In this document: one piece after another, positions 63,854 through 64,000 of the stretch
Layout of the letters: each line of letters starts with the position of its first letter
How positions within the stretch are numbered: the stretch's first letter is position 1
Source: Felis catus
Lineage: Eukaryota
NCBI RefSeq assembly: GCF_018350175.1
Contig: NC_058368.1
Coordinates: forward strand, 182,654,001-182,718,000
DNA: 64,000 bases
Reading direction: 5' to 3'
Translations under genes and position numbers: made by a program
The notes under the pieces: model-generated
What the model was told of the DNA's origin: nothing
Seen by the model: the letters and a program-made list of their open reading frames with translations, nothing else
Databases searched by the model: none

Positions 63854-64000
63854 TGATTGCAAGGACTTTTGGCAGAAAACAGGCAATGCTTCTCCAACCA
63901 TAATAAGACGTGTACATTGCCCCTTGTGAAATACACAGAGACATAAATCAAGTAAAAGTCTTCTCTTTTAGTACCTTTCTCCATTTTTGGACTGGATCTA

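Noticed and set aside
486..63984. Supplied six-frame ORFs as protein-coding genes
   Set aside because: All are 151 aa or shorter. Many are recurrent SINE translations (AQVMIS..., GAPGWRSRLS...), microsatellites or L1/L2/LTR read-throughs, and none resembles a cellular protein I recognise.
1..64000. CRISPR array, operon or other prokaryote-type novel system
   Set aside because: This is mammalian repeat-rich DNA. The direct repeats are TSDs or microsatellites, with no repeat-spacer array or gene cluster.

Overview
AT-rich, CpG-poor mammalian DNA from a felid, as shown by about 21 tRNA-derived Can-SINEs including near-intact young cat-type copies. It looks like a large intron or intergenic region. 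I found no recognisable protein-coding gene, and the supplied ORFs are repeat, microsatellite or chance artefacts. Much of the window is layered transposon debris: Can-SINE, MIR, L1, L2, MaLR/ERVL LTRs, hAT MITEs and a Tigger-like element. The notable items are: (1) a full-length U6 snRNA retrocopy fused to an 18-nt L1-like 3' tip with perfect target-site duplications (TSDs), 59651-59827; (2) an apparent LF-SINE relic at about 10227-10472 (-) whose antisense strand has splice signals framing a possible poison exon; (3) a CpG-retaining CR1/L3 reverse-transcriptase fossil at about 13810-14270 (-); (4) an old MamSINE1-like SINE; and (5) an in-place ~82-bp inversion inside an L2. Repeat family names and consensus comparisons are from memory and need Dfam/RepeatMasker confirmation. 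Boundaries of old repeats are approximate. The sequence alone gives no evidence of a novel multi-gene system.
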